Assembly: GCA_035084275.1 (NCBI GenBank)
Contig: CM068747.1
Coordinates: forward strand, 1,550,001 to 1,614,000
Length of the DNA: 64,000 nucleotides
Reading direction: 5' to 3'
DNA from: Hydrolagus colliei
Taxonomy: Eukaryota
Shown: piece after piece, positions 61,920-64,000 of the stretch
Numbering within the stretch: position 1 is the first letter of the stretch
Layout of the letters: each line of letters opens with the position of its first letter
Notes under the pieces: model-generated
What the model was told of the DNA's origin: nothing
Seen by the model: the letters and a program-made list of their open reading frames with translations, nothing else
Databases searched by the model: none
Position numbers and translations under genes: made by a program

Positions 61920-62160
61920 AAAACAACCACAAAATTGCAATTATATAGTGTCCCAAAGCGCTGAACACAGGTCGGGACCCGAGCGGCGGGTGGGGGGGAG
62001 TTTGGGGTACGGGGAAGGGGAAGGAGAGGGGGAGAGGGGGAAGAGTTAGTGGGGCAGCCGAAGGCGCGGTCGAAGAGGAAGGTTTTGAGACCGGCCTTGA
62101 AGGAGGAAAGGGAGGAAGCGAGGGGGAGGGGCTGCGGGATGGAGTTCCACACTGTGGAAA
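61920..62160 (-). mobile_element. L2-clade LINE 3' fragment
   Basis: TVWNSIPQPLPLASSLSSFKAGLKTFLFDRAF on - strand. Confidence 0.85.
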
Positions 62161-64000
62161 TAATACAGGAAGAGCATTGAGCATTCCCAATGAGTATGTG
62201 ATCTATCATTCTAACACCGTTTGCAGGTTAAGTGCATCAGGCGTGTTTGCTGACAGTGGTCTCCTTCCGTAACGATGTGATTTATACCTATTTCAGTTTT
62301 ATAGGATTATAAAACTCCAGGAACGCTTCTTTACTACCCACTGATCAGCCCTTTAAATGTTATGTCAGTGTCACAAAGAACACGTCGGAAGCATTCCGGT
62401 GGGCAGATCCTCGGGACTCGGGCCAGCACCTTGGGACGTCCTCCCGATGTGAATATCTTCCTATTCCCCCGTAGCTTGGAGTCGTGCTCTGCCACTGCCA
62501 ACTGCTCTGCCCATTACCCGACACTAGGGGCGCTATGTAAAGGCAAGTTCTTGTTATTTCTGTTTGAGGATTCTCACGTATTGTAACCCTAGAATGGCTC
62601 TCTCTCGGGTGCCGCTTGAACCTTTGGAACAGAACAGTGATTGCTGCTGAAAGGGCTTGGCAGTGTTCGCAGTGGCGGCTTGAACTTGACTGAATGTGAT
62701 TGTTACATCGCTGGAGGGAACGCAAAGCCTTGGAAGAGCTAATTATCAATATTGAGTCACTATTTACTGATGCCCTCAAGTATTTTAATCTAAATTTCCA
62801 TCAGTTAGACTCATCGATACTGCGAACATGTGGGATCAATTACTGAGCAATGTTTCCCATTTAGCTAATGATTTTAAGCTTGCTTGTCCACTCGATGTCT
62901 TTATAAATGTTGGCGTTATATTGCAGGATAAGTTAAATGCAGCCGGCGAATGGAAAGACTATCAAAGAGCCGCCCTGTGTCCTCTGGCTGATAAGAAAGT
63001 ATTTCTCAGAACACTCACAGATCACTGCGTCGGGACAGTAGGAGGCACTTGAACAAACAGCACCTTTTATATCAGCAAGCTAAGGCTTTCTTTCAATAGT
63101 GCAGCGCGAGTTAACGGTGCGTTGCTGAGCATCGCGTTGAACCACGACCATTCTCGCACTAATGTGACCAATTCAAGTAAAGAAGTATCGGTGCCTCTCC
63201 AGTCAAGATAGCAAAGATACACGCCTACTGATACAAACCAAGGCCGTGAGAATGAGCAGAACAGCTGTCGATGAATTGCCAAGATCTGCTGAGAAACATC
63301 AGCTCCAGTAGGTGCGTAAGCTTGCAGGATGCCCTCAAACGCCATGCTGATAAAATGCCGCCAAATGATTCCCAGAACTATAGGTTACAACAGTAAGTAG
63401 GACATTTCCCTGATTCATCTTATTGCTTCCTATTCTGGGGGGGCCAACAACGCACGATGTGATGGATGGCACGGAGAATCTGCACTCTTAATTAAAGGTT
63501 CAGATGGTACCTTAAATGATGTACAGTACTGTACCAGCATTTAAGATATGAACATCTTCCAGTATCGGTTTATAACCTTGAAATAATTCTGCCTGAAAGT
63601 TGTCATCAATGTTTCACCTGCCATTAACCCTCAATCCGCCAACAGTCCAGTCCGCCTTCACAACCTGCTGGTTCCATTGGCTCAATGGGTTTTGTATGTT
63701 TACAGTTCAAAACCCTATCCCTGAAAATATCACTAATATTAAGAGGAGAAAAGCTGAACCAATGGCTGCCAGTGTGATGTTAAACCCCAACAAGTAAAAC
63801 ACACATGAAAAGCACAACTTTACAGTAAGTCGATGTGGACTCTTTTTAGGGAGAAATTTCACTTGGGTCCACAGGTTTGCTTCAATTGTGTCGCATTTCA
63901 GAACGTTCAACGTTCAATTTCATTTTTGAAATTCAGTCTTACATCTGAAAGGACTTACAAAAAAAATTTACAGAAAACTAGTTTCAAAATTAAACATGTA

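Noticed and set aside
61125-63345. First exon of ABCA12 or another gene expected from synteny
   Set aside because: No peptide resembling an ABCA N-terminus with a proper donor was found

Overview
This is vertebrate genomic DNA. A cartilaginous fish, probably a holocephalan, is inferred from the compact introns and the DeuSINE/L2/CR1 repeat content. The + strand carries the 3' two-thirds of fibronectin 1 (FN1): 32 exons from FNIII-2 to the stop codon at 30362, equivalent to human exons 15-46. These include both cassette exons EDB and EDA, the RGD loop, and an unusually long V/IIICS region that lacks LDV. The - strand carries the complete 16-exon ATIC (purH) gene (46739 to 31588, about 591 aa), with one GC-AG intron and one donor site lost in an assembly gap. 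The two genes are tail-to-tail, with candidate polyA signals only ~280 bp apart. Positions 47-64 kb are repeat-rich intergenic DNA (SINEs, L2, CR1, a possible hAT fossil) with no convincing gene. I found no prokaryote-type or clearly new system. The best leads are splicing-regulatory architecture around the FN1 alternative exons: a CpG-rich three-way RNA junction plus TGCATG after EDB, a candidate stop-containing cryptic exon before EDA, and a 14-bp stem enclosing a G-quadruplex motif before EDA. Other leads are altered integrin motifs and a perfect steroid-response palindrome at 56942. All comparisons to human or chicken sequences are from memory and need alignment.
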